Source of the DNA: Trichoplax adhaerens
Lineage: Eukaryota > Animalia > Placozoa
Direction of reading: 5' to 3'
NCBI RefSeq assembly: GCF_000150275.1
Contig: NW_002060971.1
Location: forward strand, 413,212 to 477,211
DNA: 64,000 bases
Below, one piece after another: positions 52,401-64,000 of the stretch (position 1 is its first letter; the number at the start of each line of letters is the position of its first letter). A model generated the notes under the pieces. It saw only the letters and a program-made list of their open reading frames with translations, was not told the DNA's origin and searched no databases. The position numbers and the translations under genes are program-made.

Positions 52401-55400
52401 ATTAAGGTGTTGGAAATTTAATTTTTAAATCAGTGTGGTAATTTTATAAAATTTCGGTTTAAATCATTTCAGATTCAACACACGATTATTCGATTATTTA
52501 TGTCATAGGTACGAACCAACTGGAACGGGAGAACAGTAGAGCTTGCCCAAAGAAAATTTTCCTTCTCGAGGCGGTTTTGCATCGCCAAGTCGTAGTTCCT
52601 TAACTGGTAATGCATTCTTGTCAATAATCAGTCCTCCATCACTAGTTTGCCCATGTCTACCATCACAATTGCAAGCAGCGCCAGGGCTACGGCAAGAACC
52701 TAAAATTCAATTGTCATTATTGATTTAATCTTAAATCATAGTTATGCAATATACGAAAGATCAGATCAGAACCATCAACGACAATTAAATGCAATGAGAA
52801 TTTGTGTTTTGTCCAATAGTAACCTGTGATGCCGCATGCACATCCTTGCTCATTTCCGGTTACACCGCCCCAGTAGTTCTTAGCATTTCCATTTCTATCG
52901 ACCCACCAACCATATTTATAGGAATTAGAGGTCATAAGTCGAGAATTATGACATGTATAGGAGAGTTCTTGATAGCAAAAGTTAGACATTTTAACGTAAG
53001 CGACGACTTGCTGTAAGGAGGCACTGTAATACTGAACAGATACTCTGTAAGATCCGGCACCATTATAGTTGTATCCTTTGACCTAGAAAAGAAATTGAAA
53101 ATTATTGTCTTTGGTAATAGGCTTATTGGTGTAAAACATGACTACAGAAATGTAAATTTTAACGATATAACAAATATGGCTTGCACAGACGCCATACACG
53201 ACGAAAAATTGAACATTAGCTCTTTAATTTCGTTTGCAGACTTTGCTAACAAGAAATCAAAGTCTTACTGTATTTCATTTTGAAATGCCGTACTTTTTCT
53301 CGGAGTTAAGATTACTACTTTGCAGTGCAATAGTAAATGGAATTGGCTTACATAAATATCGAATAAAATTTCTATAAGATATGCGTAATTTGCCCTTAAG
53401 TGAGCGAATAAGAAATTGCATAAGAATTTCACATTTAACGAAGCTATACTGCATAGGTTTACACCAGTTTCAAAAAGTTCTTTTTCCCTGGACTAGCTGT
53501 ATACATTGAATATTCGTTCTAGTCATCTTAAACCTTAACATGTTTATTTATATATTGTATCCTTGATACTCCATTTTACCAGATCACCTTAATTTACTGC
53601 AATAATTATAATCTTTGATGTTTCTACGTGTTATGCATTATTTTTGTGTTGTATGGCTGTGAGTCAAATTTGTAATCATGTATTCTTGGTTTACTAAGCG
53701 CGTTCGATTACTTCAACGGTATCTGACATTGAGCAAAACAATTTTCTACAGTAATAAGCTTACGTTTCCGCATAAACGATTATGTGAAATTACACCAACT
53801 CCAAAAGAATGGTGCGACATATCGCAGTAAACTTTAAATGCTGCAATTGGTCCAGAGCCATCTGGGTCGACAGTGAAATAGCCGTTGGCTTTGGTTTTTG
53901 TCTTCTTTTTAATCTCATCGCAAGAAATCGGTATTTCTAAAGTAAAAATATTTCAAGATATCGAATGCCTTATTAAGTGGATTAGCTAGAAATATCGTTG
54001 CAATTTGCTTCTGTAATTGAGCTATCTAAATTTAAAATTGTCTCAGAGATTTTTTATTTTCCATGGTAGGGCATTTGTAGTTATTTCTGCTGTATGGATA
54101 AATTTCAAATCACTTGTTTGAAATTTAAAACTTACTCTCACAATTTTTTCCATCTCCTTTATATCCTGGTCTGCAAGCGCATCTATAACTTCCAGGCATG
54201 TTAAAGCAATTCGCCTGAGAATGACATGTCGAGTTGGATTGTGCGCATTCATTTATATCTAATAGAGTTAGTAAGATTTTTGAGTTGAGACCAATTTGGG
54301 TAATTTACATACGCGTTGTTGAAATAAGATTAAATCTAGCAATATAATTTATACCTGTGCACTGAAATCCATCACCCTTAAATCCAGGTTTACATTGACA
54401 TTTATACGAGCCAGGGTTATTGTTGCAAATAGCTTGGCTATGGCATCGATGAGCTCGTACTCGGCATTCGTCGATGTCTAAAACAGGAGTTATGGGAGAT
54501 GATTAGTTACAGGCTAACTGTTAGCGATCTTGTCGATTTTAGGAAGTGAGATCCTTCACCTAATTTTAAAACTTACCTTGACAATGCTTTCCATTACCAA
54601 TATAACCAGTTTTGCATTTACAAGTATAGGAGAGAGGAGTATCGGTACAAATGGCTAACTTATCGCATTGATGTTTACCATTAGCACATTCGTTAACGGC
54701 CTCTGTAATTGACATAACAAATAAATTTCATGACCTCTATTAATCCGATCATGGTCAAGTTAATGAAATAAAGTTGTTAGTATTACTTACTGACACAAGT
54801 TCTCCCGCTAGCAACATATCCAGTTTTACATTTACACAAATAAGTACCAATCACATTGACACAAACAGCATTTTCGTCACAATGCGCCATTTGGGATGTA
54901 CATTCATCAATATCTAAGCAATAGTTTATGAATAAAATTGCAAATTATCATGCGCGCTGTTTATAATATTAGACAAAAGTTTGATTTTGGTTATGTTGTA
55001 ACAGTCACCATTTTTTAATTGATGAAAGGCCTAAATGATTAATATACCTTCGCATGAAGTACCATTTCCATGGAAGCCATCATTACAATTGCAACGGAAT
55101 GATCCTTGTGTATCATGACAGCTTGCATTAACATGACAGTTATGCGTTCTCGTATTACATTCATTGATATCTAAAGGCAATGGAATTGGATGCTAATGTT
55201 AAAAATTATTCCAAATTATCATTTACAATCTTCATTAATATGTTATTCACTGTCTTAGAAGATTGTTTAATTTCAAGCATTCCCTCAGTAGATTATAACA
55301 TAATGGAGAAGTTCACGTTATTCAATAGTCTTAATTTTACAATACAATTCACGAGATAAAAAGGTAATTTGCTCTGCTTACATTAGTGGTATTTCCATAT

Positions 55401-58400
55401 AAGTAAGATTTCGAAATATTAATACTGTGCATTATAAATAACAAATTTCATTTGCGAAGTAGTTTCAAAATACATATCAGTTGTAATTATACTGTAACTA
55501 TCATTTTTAAAGGCATAGGTTATACTATACGATTTAGTGAGAAATTTATAGTTATATTTACTTCAAGAAGTACTGTGAATTTCGCAACTTTGTGTTATAG
55601 GAATTGAGAATTACTGATATGAGAAGGGGAGTTTTGATAGTAGAATAATATAAAATTGGGCTGCTCCTTCTGAACAGTTAGGTCATATAGATTGTATTTA
55701 AATGACTTTGTGTTATTAGGAATCAAGGTTTACTAATATTACATGAAGGATTTTAATGGCGGAATAATATGAAGTTGGACTACTCCTTCCGAACCATTGA
55801 GTTAAGTTGGATGAAAATGGTATTTAAATGACTTTATGTTATTAGGAATTAAAATTTATTAATACGCGTGGGGGTTCAGTGGCAGAATAATATAAAACTG
55901 GACTGCTCTTTCTCAACAATTGAGCTATATTGATTGCAAATGGTATTTAAATAACTTTGTGTCATTAGGAATTAAGGTTTACTAATATTACATGAAGGAT
56001 TTCAATGGCGGAATAATATAAAACTGGGTTGCTCCTTCTGAAGTGTCGAGTTACATTGATTGAAAATGATACTTAAATTTGATTAATTAACTGTTAATCG
56101 GCTGAAGTCCATTAATTCGATGGTAAAGAACAATGACTCTATCAAGTTATCGAATAAATAATTGCTTACTGTAGCAGGATCGTCCAGTTCCTTGGTAGCC
56201 ATTTCTACAGCGGCACGTATAAGAGCCATCTGTGTTCGCACATGTTGCCGTGCCTCGACATGGATTACTAATTTTACATTCATCAATGTCTATTCGGACA
56301 ATAAAAACATGAAGAAGGCAGCAGCCCATTAATGTTTTTTCAGTATCAAAATTTTAAGCTATAGAAAATATCCTGTCTATGAATATCTCAAACATTTGGT
56401 GAAAGATATCCGTTAAAGAATTGCAGAATTTATAGCATTACCTATGCAGCTACCGTTGAACACCTTATAGCCATGACGGCAAACGCATTTATACGATCCA
56501 TAAGTATTTTGACATACCGATTTTCTCATATTGCAGGGATTGATGTTGGGTAGACATTCATTTATATCTATTGCAAAATCGGAAGGCAATGCCGTAAAAT
56601 ATAAATAATCAATTTATCATCATCACTCTACCAGCTTGATCATTTTGTGAACAAAATGAATCGTCGCGTGATTTCTATTATTTATTTTCGTGTGGTGTAC
56701 ACTATGTTTATTGTGGAGAAAAGACTCGTTCACCCTATTTTCTATTTATTTTAAATCTGATTCCGGTTCTATTCTTTTATGAAATTTAGCTTATGGCTAT
56801 AAGATTTAATAACAACACTTAATTGCATATTAAATACAGTTGATGATTAACTACAGCAAATACCAGAAATTTAAATTGTTACCCTAAGGTTATTAATTAG
56901 TAAAGTCATTGACTAGACGTGCTGTGAGTCCTCTTGCATGCCTTTTATTTCATCTTTGAGTAAAAATTATTAGGTGCATAGTTGATGTATTTTACATTTT
57001 AATTATTGCAATAATGATTTCGACATTTGTATATTGTTAGTATTGAAAGCTAATTACAGTAAGGGATAAAGCAATGATTGAGTTATGTCGTAGATTTAGA
57101 TTTCGTATTGAGGTTAAACTATCACGGGGTACAGACTGATTAAATTAGATGTTGTAACGCAATTTAACATACGCATAATTATAATACAAATAAACTTAAC
57201 TCCACCAGCATTGTATGATTCGCTAAAAGTCAACTACATGACATAGTCTTCTCAATTAATTAAGTTAAACAGAAGAATATTGTACACTATTTAAAGTACT
57301 ACATAAAATTATTTCGAAGATAATTGTGTAAAATTACTGTCATGCTGATGAATGATTTGTTTAGGCATTTTAATGGCAGTATGTTTGAGATCTCTGTCTC
57401 CTGTACTCATTCTTAAGGTATGATCTTGATTAAATTTTGGTAGAATGAACAGAAAAGTAGATTACTATGCCATCATGGTAAAAGATAATCTATCATGGCA
57501 TAGTAGCAAAACTACTTTCAAAGAGATTAATAGCAAATTCAGCTCATAGCCCACTGCTTATATAAATAAGAATGTGCTGCATAATAATAATTATTCAATA
57601 GGTAAATTAACAAAAGATTTTGTTTTCTAGCAAAATATGGTCAAAATGTATAAAAATAGTAATCGAATTGACTGTCATAATAAATTTGAAGCATCGTGTT
57701 ATGACTTCTGTTAACACACAATTGGAATAATTGAGATAGTATAGGAAAACTCTGTTTGTTCATATAATATAAGGTTACTCAGAATCAATCTTACCTCTAC
57801 ACTGGTTGCTACCGCTACTTTGGAAGCCAAGTTTGCAATTACAACGATATGATCCTATGGTATTAACGCAGCTTTGGCTATGCTTGCTGCAGCGATGTCG
57901 GTTGCTGGTACATTCGTTGATATCTAGTGTTATATTAAATTTACGGACGCATCAATATTTTTGTTAAGAGCGATAGCATTGGATCGATTTCCTTTGATTT
58001 TATAAATTCGTAATCGAGGTATTTTGTAGCTGTAATATATTATCAATTAAGGATCATGAAGTAAAGAAATTAACACTATGAATACACTTGTTTCGTTATG
58101 TTAGTAGATTAAATCAATAGTTGTTATTTTCTTGGCTAACCCTTGCAGACTTTTCCACTGCCTTCGAATCCATACTTGCACTTGCAGGTATATGAACCTC
58201 TTGAATTATGGCATACCGCGTTTTGATCGCATGGCTTATTTCTACAGTCATCCATATCATTACAATGATATCCATTGCCAGTAAAACCACTTTTACAAGA
58301 GCAATACCACCGGCCACCTAACATTTTGCAACTTGCATTTTTGTCACATTTATTACATACGGATTTACCGCCATATCTACTATTAGACTTACTATGCCCT

Positions 58401-60086
58401 ATATTCAGTCAAATGGGAAAAGGAATTGAAAATTTTTTAGGACTATTAATTAGATAACGCACTATCTATATATTGAAGAGATAATTTATTAAAAATGAAA
58501 ATCTTCTTATTGTTTCAAGTGACTGAAGTAATAAGTCATATTTATGGCATTAACTTAAATTACAAAGAATGAGTGTAGCTGGGAACTATTTTATAACGCT
58601 TTAAAGATAACCCTCTTAAATCGAAGGTAGAAGTGGTATTCATATTATTTAGGGCATGCTTCTTACTACCTATATCTTTAGTTAAAATTTTGAAATTGCT
58701 AAAGCTACAAGGCCATGTAGTTTAAATCAAAATTAAAAATTTATTCAGTTTTCACTTAGGCGATCATTATATGTTAAATTCTTTAGCGCAGTTGGACGAC
58801 GAGCTAAAGTGAAGTAGATGAGATATTTTAAGTGGATTTAGCGTAATAGAATAGTTTACTAAAGCTCAATGTGTATAATTGCAATAGTCAAATTAAAGGT
58901 CAACTGTAACACTAATTCTAAACGTATTTTTCTTCTGTTTAATTTTAACTGGTAAAGTAAACCGTAAAAACTGTTATACGGTAAGATTTTTATTAATTAT
59001 AAAGTTTAAATGGCATTTTGGCTAAACTCCTTCGGTCTCATTTTCATTTAGAACAACAAAGTGTAAATGGGACGATATGGGGTGTTCTTACTTAGATTTA
59101 GTACTAATTTCGATAATAATTCGAATAAATTTTGGTTTTACTTTGCGCCCGGAAATGGATTGTTAAAGCTACAAGTTCGAAGTTTTAAATCAGATAACTA
59201 AACCTAGCCCCTGGTATTAGCTTTTTAACTGCAAAGATTAAACTTTCAATCTGCTACAAGAGACGTAGTTAAGATAGTTGCAATACAGGTAATATTTATT
59301 AATTCTAGGATATTTGCTCCATTCTATTTTAAAAGCAATAGCATGATAAGAGACTTTACATCAAAATAAGGCTGACGATCATTTGTATTCCTATTAATTC
59401 TCTTCAATTCAATTTCAGTCTAATTTAGCATAACTGAAAATAACCAACATTAAGTAGATTCTTTACTAATGTACTGATAAATTCGCTCATACGAGGTTTA
59501 AATCGAATCTTAAGCGAAAACGTAAAATTACTTTCTTTTGCTCTTAGTTCTTTTTACGATATGAACGTGATTACTGAGATTCAGTTGTAGATGGTATTTC
59601 AGTCAAATAAAAATATGTAACCGGATGTATATATACTAGCTAATATTTCTAGAAAATGATATAATTAATAATCTAGCCTTTTCCATAAAATTCACTCATG
59701 GTATTTATATGTCGAAAAAGTAAAGAGAATATTGAAATTTTACTTAGAATTAAATTAAAATGATTAGAGAAGAATCATGTTCCAAGCTGATCATTTAATA
59801 TAATACTACAGCAAGGTTTTGTGTTGGATGTGATAGCTGAAGGTGTAAAATTTTTAGTTTTAATAAATGAGATCTTTGTGTTGGCAATATCCTCGTTTTA
59901 GCGATATCACAGCGAGATGATCAATTAAAATGGAAAGAAATTAATACTTAATTTCTTAATAGATTAATAATTGGATTATTTAGCGAGATTAAATACGAAA
60001 AAGTGCAAAAATACTGTTCGAATTAACTTACCTGCGGCATTGGATATAATGCTAACCAAGAAAATTAGCACTAAAAATTTACGCAT
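31215..60086 (-). CDS. Giant secreted cysteine-rich mosaic protein (about 82 exons, about 4,500 aa): SP-EGF10-(CASPR-type FBG-like)7-EGF3-VWD-C8-TIL-TILa-EGF~43-FS-FS-TSP1-FS-CTCK
   Basis: A chain of GT-AG exons runs from a signal-peptide exon ([19 protein letters not shown]) to the stop at 31215; phases were compatible at every junction I checked. Domain motifs were read directly from translations. No transmembrane segment was seen. That all exons form one transcript is inferred from phase continuity and the absence of internal stops or a second signal peptide. Confidence 0.85.
31562..32803 (-). other. Follistatin/Kazal x2, TSP1, follistatin/Kazal exons (32803-32585, 32441-32199, 32044-31889, 31777-31562)
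   Basis: The [30 protein letters not shown] and ICGTDGVTY Kazal cores are each preceded by a 4-Cys FOLN segment. [24 protein letters not shown] is a spondin-type TSP1 repeat. Confidence 0.9.
32891..43125 (-). other. Array of about 43 EGF domains (mostly calcium-binding), nearly one per phase-1 exon; the first exon also carries TILa
   Basis: Repeated D-I-[DN]-E-C...C.N..GS[YF].C.C..G[YF].G[DN]G..C exons of about 120-130 bp separated by short introns. Confidence 0.92.
43462..44811 (-). other. VWD-C8-TIL assembly (VWF/mucin/zonadhesin/FCGBP type)
   Basis: [22 protein letters not shown] and [19 protein letters not shown] (VWD); [25 protein letters not shown] (C8); [28 protein letters not shown] (TIL). 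Confidence 0.93.
44926..45609 (-). other. Three EGF exons linking the FBG-like array to the VWD domain
   Basis: Includes [30 protein letters not shown] and [29 protein letters not shown], plus a third DINEC exon. Confidence 0.85.
45839..53936 (-). other. Seven tandem fibrinogen-like (CASPR/neurexin-IV/axotactin-type, COLFI-related) domains, 19 exons
   Basis: Each copy of about 200 aa has C.....G.Y.IDPDG.G...PF...CD, T.I.H, QL..L...S..C.Q...Y.C, W....G....WGG.....C.C.....C......CNCD......D.G.I.DK..LPV and LG.L.C. Copies start near 53936, 52397, 51499, 50541, 49158, 48001 and 46935. Confidence 0.85.
54136..58398 (-). other. N-terminal block of 10 EGF domains (9 exons)
   Basis: Exons near 58398-58141 (2 EGF), 57924-57796, 56567-56443, 56289-56170, 55170-55048, 54913-54791, 54702-54577, 54477-54355 and 54258-54136, each with the 6-Cys EGF pattern. 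Confidence 0.88.
55585..56078. repeat. Intronic tandem repeat, 4 copies of about 123 bp
   Basis: gaataatat..a.tgg..tgctcctt recurs at about 55643, 55762, 55885 and 56011, with actttgtgttattaggaat between copies. Confidence 0.88.
60032..60086 (-). other. Signal-peptide exon of the giant protein
   Basis: ATG at 60086 gives [19 protein letters not shown] (basic, hydrophobic, then small residues). A phase-1 GTAAG donor is compatible with the next exon [18 protein letters not shown]. Confidence 0.8.
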
Positions 60087-63000
60087 ATTTATGTCCAAAT
60101 ATTGTAACCATCTAACGGTAATCTTAGGATAGTTCTGATTCGCAAAATTGAGATCGACCACTTTTTGTAGTAATTAAGTTGGATATTAATTAATAATAGC
60201 CAGAGTCAGTATTATTCATCAAATCCAGATGTTGCTACAAGTTTTATTATTTTATTATTGAAAGTAGAATTCAAGATAATTAAATCATTCAGGAGATTTT
60301 AATTCTCACTTTTACACATTGTTAAGAAATTAGAAGCGGTATTTGGACTTATTGAATGTTGTCGTCTGACCAAAAAAATAACACTAATTGTTTTACTTAA
60401 GTGTTATTCAGCTAATTTAGTTACTCTAAGATGAGTAATTATTTGATTGCCTGTGATTAGGCTTGGGAAAAATAATATTTCTGGTGCATATGATAATATT
60501 CACGCGAATTCTCTTGAAATTGAGATTTACTGTAGTCTCATTGGTCGTTATTCACTTCAGGACAATATTTAATGACCCTTTTTGCCTAAAGCAAGATAGG
60601 TGAGTCTAAATTAGAATCATTATGAAAAGTATTATAATATAAATTGTTTCAAATAACTAAGTTCGTCGCGTGCGACACTACATCTTACTAAATAATTCCA
60701 TGAATTCTAAATAATATTGATTAAAGTCATAGAAGAGTATAAATATATGCCAGTATTGACTGAATTAGCATTAAATGAAAAAGTTATTAGTGCGAGTTCA
60801 TGTATAAATAATACGATATTGCGAAATTATTATTAAAATGGTTGCAGAGATCATTTTGGTTTGTTAAATGCGGACATTGGATTAGAGAGGAATTTAAAGA
60901 TCAATTTTCTCAGTAAATTATTGACCTGGATAAATAATCTGCTATTTCCAGTGCATTGATAATAATTAATCAGTATTGCATATCGAAATCTATGATACAT
61001 CTCTTAGATAGCAGTCCCATTAATAATCTAATTTTTATGCTTCAATACAGATATCAATAAATCTATTTTGTCGATGAATTAATGCGTACAAAGCTTTATA
61101 CTATCTGTCGCATTATATTTATAAAATGGTACTTCTATTTTAAAAACTTTCTCACGCGGCTCCATTAATATCTTGTAAACAGCTTGTTATAATTGTAGCC
61201 CTTGATGTATATCTATGTAAATGTGACTTGATATCGATGTACTCCGGTAAAGATTAAGGAATGAAGTAATATGTATTTATGTAATCTTTACACGTTACGT
61301 TTATTGACTTCTATCCAAATCAAATTAGAACTACTCTTAGCAATGCAAGAGGTTATACACCAATAATGCTCTCCACAATCGATATCAAGTACCTTGCTAC
61401 ATTGAGAGTATCCCTTAACACTAGAACCCTTCAAGAGCCTCTTCGTACGATGTGCACCATTATAAGTATGTTGTCTTTCGGCTAAAGGTTGGTTACAGAT
61501 AAGTCAGATCAATTGATTGGATGTGGTTCTCTTATGATAATAAGTACCGATATAGCTACCCTGTCTTATGTTGTACCGCAGGATGATATCCGTGCGTATT
61601 CGTAATAGTACTAAGTTAGAGTATACAACATTTACTGTATACTATACCAAATTTCAACACAGCTTTAACACCATCAATTTAATTTATGTTAATCCTGATC
61701 GAAAGTTACTTCTGGTTACATTTGGGGTGTAGAACTTTTAAAAAAATCTTAATAACCGGTAAAAGCCCAAATACTGCCCATTATCTTTATATGCTTGATA
61801 TTGGATGTCACTTCTGCTATATAAAAAGATCTAATTTTAATAATTTGGATGAGGATCGCTTATGATATTACAATGTAGGAATTATAAAAGCTTTATCAGA
61901 TCACTTAACTTAAACTAAAAAACTGCTGCATTTATTAAATCTGCTGACTACTTTGTCATGAATTTAATAGATATATGCCATATCTACAGTGGAGTCTCAT
62001 TTTTTATATTTGTTCGCTTTAAACTTAGTGAGCTCAAAGTATGGTGCCATACTTAGAGTTGATTGAAGATTGCGATTATGCTGTGATATAGTATGATAAT
62101 ACTCATGTGGACAAGCGTAAATATCTAGATTTGAGCAATAAGGGTCTAAAAGACGTAAAATAAAGATAGATATTTGTGGTTTAGGTACTAGTACTATTGC
62201 TAATGTGACTAAAAGGCACGTTACTATTGCACGTGGATTTTAAAAGTAATTTATGACGGCATGAAAGGAGTAAAATTGATTGCCTATTTCAAAAGCATCT
62301 GCGCTTAATAATGCTATTGGTTTATCTGTGACGAGTATTTATTTCTAAATAAGCTTTTTTACTAAATGCCAAGATTTATATGTAGTGTTTACCACTTAAC
62401 TGTACTGCCACGTTTTTTTCTAAAGATTTCATTAAACTAGTATTTTTCTTAGCATTATGCGTTTATTCGTGCAGTTAGTGTGATTCCATCATTTTATGAA
62501 AAATTTTTGAAGTTCTCATTTTATTAATTGGCGGTAACTTTAATTCTTTTTCGATAGATAGATTATAAATTGATAAGCTTGCTAGTTATATCAAGTCTCT
62601 GCTTTTCTAAAATACTTCTTATTTAAGTGAGAAGAAACCGTCAATATATTAGGTTACGGCAAGGAAGACAAAGAGGATGAAGGCTAGAATTAGAAAGAAA
62701 CCCATATAGATGTATAAATTTATACATATATGCTTCATTTCGTAATCTTAATCTGCGTGTGTGCAAGCTTTATTATATTCGTAAACCGATAAATCAACTA
62801 GTTTTAACTTCTATTTAGAGTTTTATCATGGAGTGATGTCCGTGATACTGTATTGATTTTGTTTACCATTAGTTGCAGATGGGCTTTAGAAGCATGTCAA
62901 TAATTTATCATACTTCAGCTTCCATGTAAATAAATCAATGCGGTTGTACAATAATACTGCACAATCCTAACTATTCAAATCAATTATATTTAGGTTGTAA

Positions 63001-64000
63001 CTATAGAACTAATCACTGTCTAAAGAGAATCACTTTGTATAAATTATTATTGCTTTTATGCAATCAAATAAAGCATAAAAAAGTCGGTTGTATGACAAAG
63101 ATTGATATAAATTTTATCCTAATAGTAATCCAATATCAAATCGGACTAAGTTTATCCTTCATGAATGAAATTTATCTACCCTGATTGTTATTTATTAATT
63201 GTATAGATCAAATATTAAATCTATTAATAACAGTATTCAAACTTTGCTTAATCCGATTACATTTAAAGGTAAAAGAGTAGATGATTATATCTAGATTTGC
63301 TGTCACAAGCCAATAGGAAGGGTTTAGCGAACTGTAGTAGCTTATTTGCATGATTAGGTCAGGTAGTTCATTAGTTTCGTCATGCTTGCACGCGATCCTG
63401 TAATAATAACAGAAAAGATAAATACCGTAAAAACACTGTAAAAAAGGCAAAAAAATCCTATTTTTTACGTTTATGTGAGAGATATGATGGCATTTGGGTA
63501 ATAGGTTGATAAGTTGTGCAATAGTATAGTCATAAGAATATGGATTGATAATATTTGGTGGAATAAATATCTAATTACAGTGCATCATTGGATATACATG
63601 ATTAGATATTTTGTTCCCATTTCTTTCCAGATATTGGTAGCCGTAGCAAATTGCTTATTTCGCAAGGAATAAAAGTTGCGTTAAAATTGATTATGTCGGG
63701 CTCATTGTTTTCTTGAAAAATCTGGAGATTGTGCACGCGATACTTCAAATGCAATTTTTCAAAATATTGAATAGGTTATGATATCTAAGTATTCTCCTAT
63801 ATGGATTACCATCATATGTAATGCGATGGGTATAAATTCTAGCTGTGAATTTTGCACTAATTTTGTAATCCATTTCTTCCCTTACTCCTAACGGATGGCT
63901 TACAAATATTTCAATTTTATATTTCATGCTACTTACGAAGCAAAACTGTAATTCGAGTGACGTACATTACTTCTATGGTATTATTTTAAAATACCTACGG

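Noticed and set aside
32227-58457. Plus-strand and alternate-frame ORFs overlapping the giant gene (e.g. 32227-32514, 45019-45306, 39022-39297)
   Set aside because: They are shadow frames of real exons with no independent domain signal.
31215-60086. Calling the giant gene fibrillin, mucin, zonadhesin, SCO-spondin or CNTNAP
   Set aside because: It lacks TB/hybrid, PTS, MAM, LDLa and laminin-G domains and has no transmembrane segment; only individual modules are shared.
61320-63927. Short open frames at the window end (about 61321-61485 plus; 63208-63450 and 63745-63927 minus)
   Set aside because: No recognisable motifs or consistent splice chain, so a gene cannot be supported.

Overview
AT-rich eukaryotic (animal) genomic DNA with many short GT-AG introns. 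The composition and compact introns resemble an early-branching animal such as a placozoan; this is an inference and the taxon cannot be established from the window. I hand-spliced three genes, all on the minus strand. (1) A 2-exon PAR-family bZIP transcription factor (46-1243). (2) A 9-exon MIPOL1 (mirror-image polydactyly 1) homolog with a long Pro/Gln-rich N-terminus (17368-21285). (3) A giant gene of about 82 exons (31215-60086) encoding a secreted mosaic protein of roughly 4,500 aa: signal peptide - 10 EGF - seven tandem CASPR/neurexin-IV-type fibrinogen-like domains - 3 EGF - VWD(GDPH)-C8-TIL-TILa - about 43 EGF (mostly calcium-binding) - follistatin/Kazal x2 - TSP1 - follistatin/Kazal - C-terminal cystine knot. 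This third protein is the standout. I do not recognise its architecture as a named family. It combines mucin/VWF polymerisation modules, a fibrillin-like rod, a multivalent fibrinogen-like head and a growth-factor-binding-type tail, and it carries several odd or relocated cysteines. The intergenic stretches (about 16 kb and 10 kb) hold microsatellites, degenerate tandem repeats (including about 13 copies of a 64-bp unit with a recurrent hairpin) and a few weak exon or pseudogene candidates. No rRNA, tRNA, CRISPR array or intact transposase was seen. Exon and domain counts are manual and may be off by one or two.
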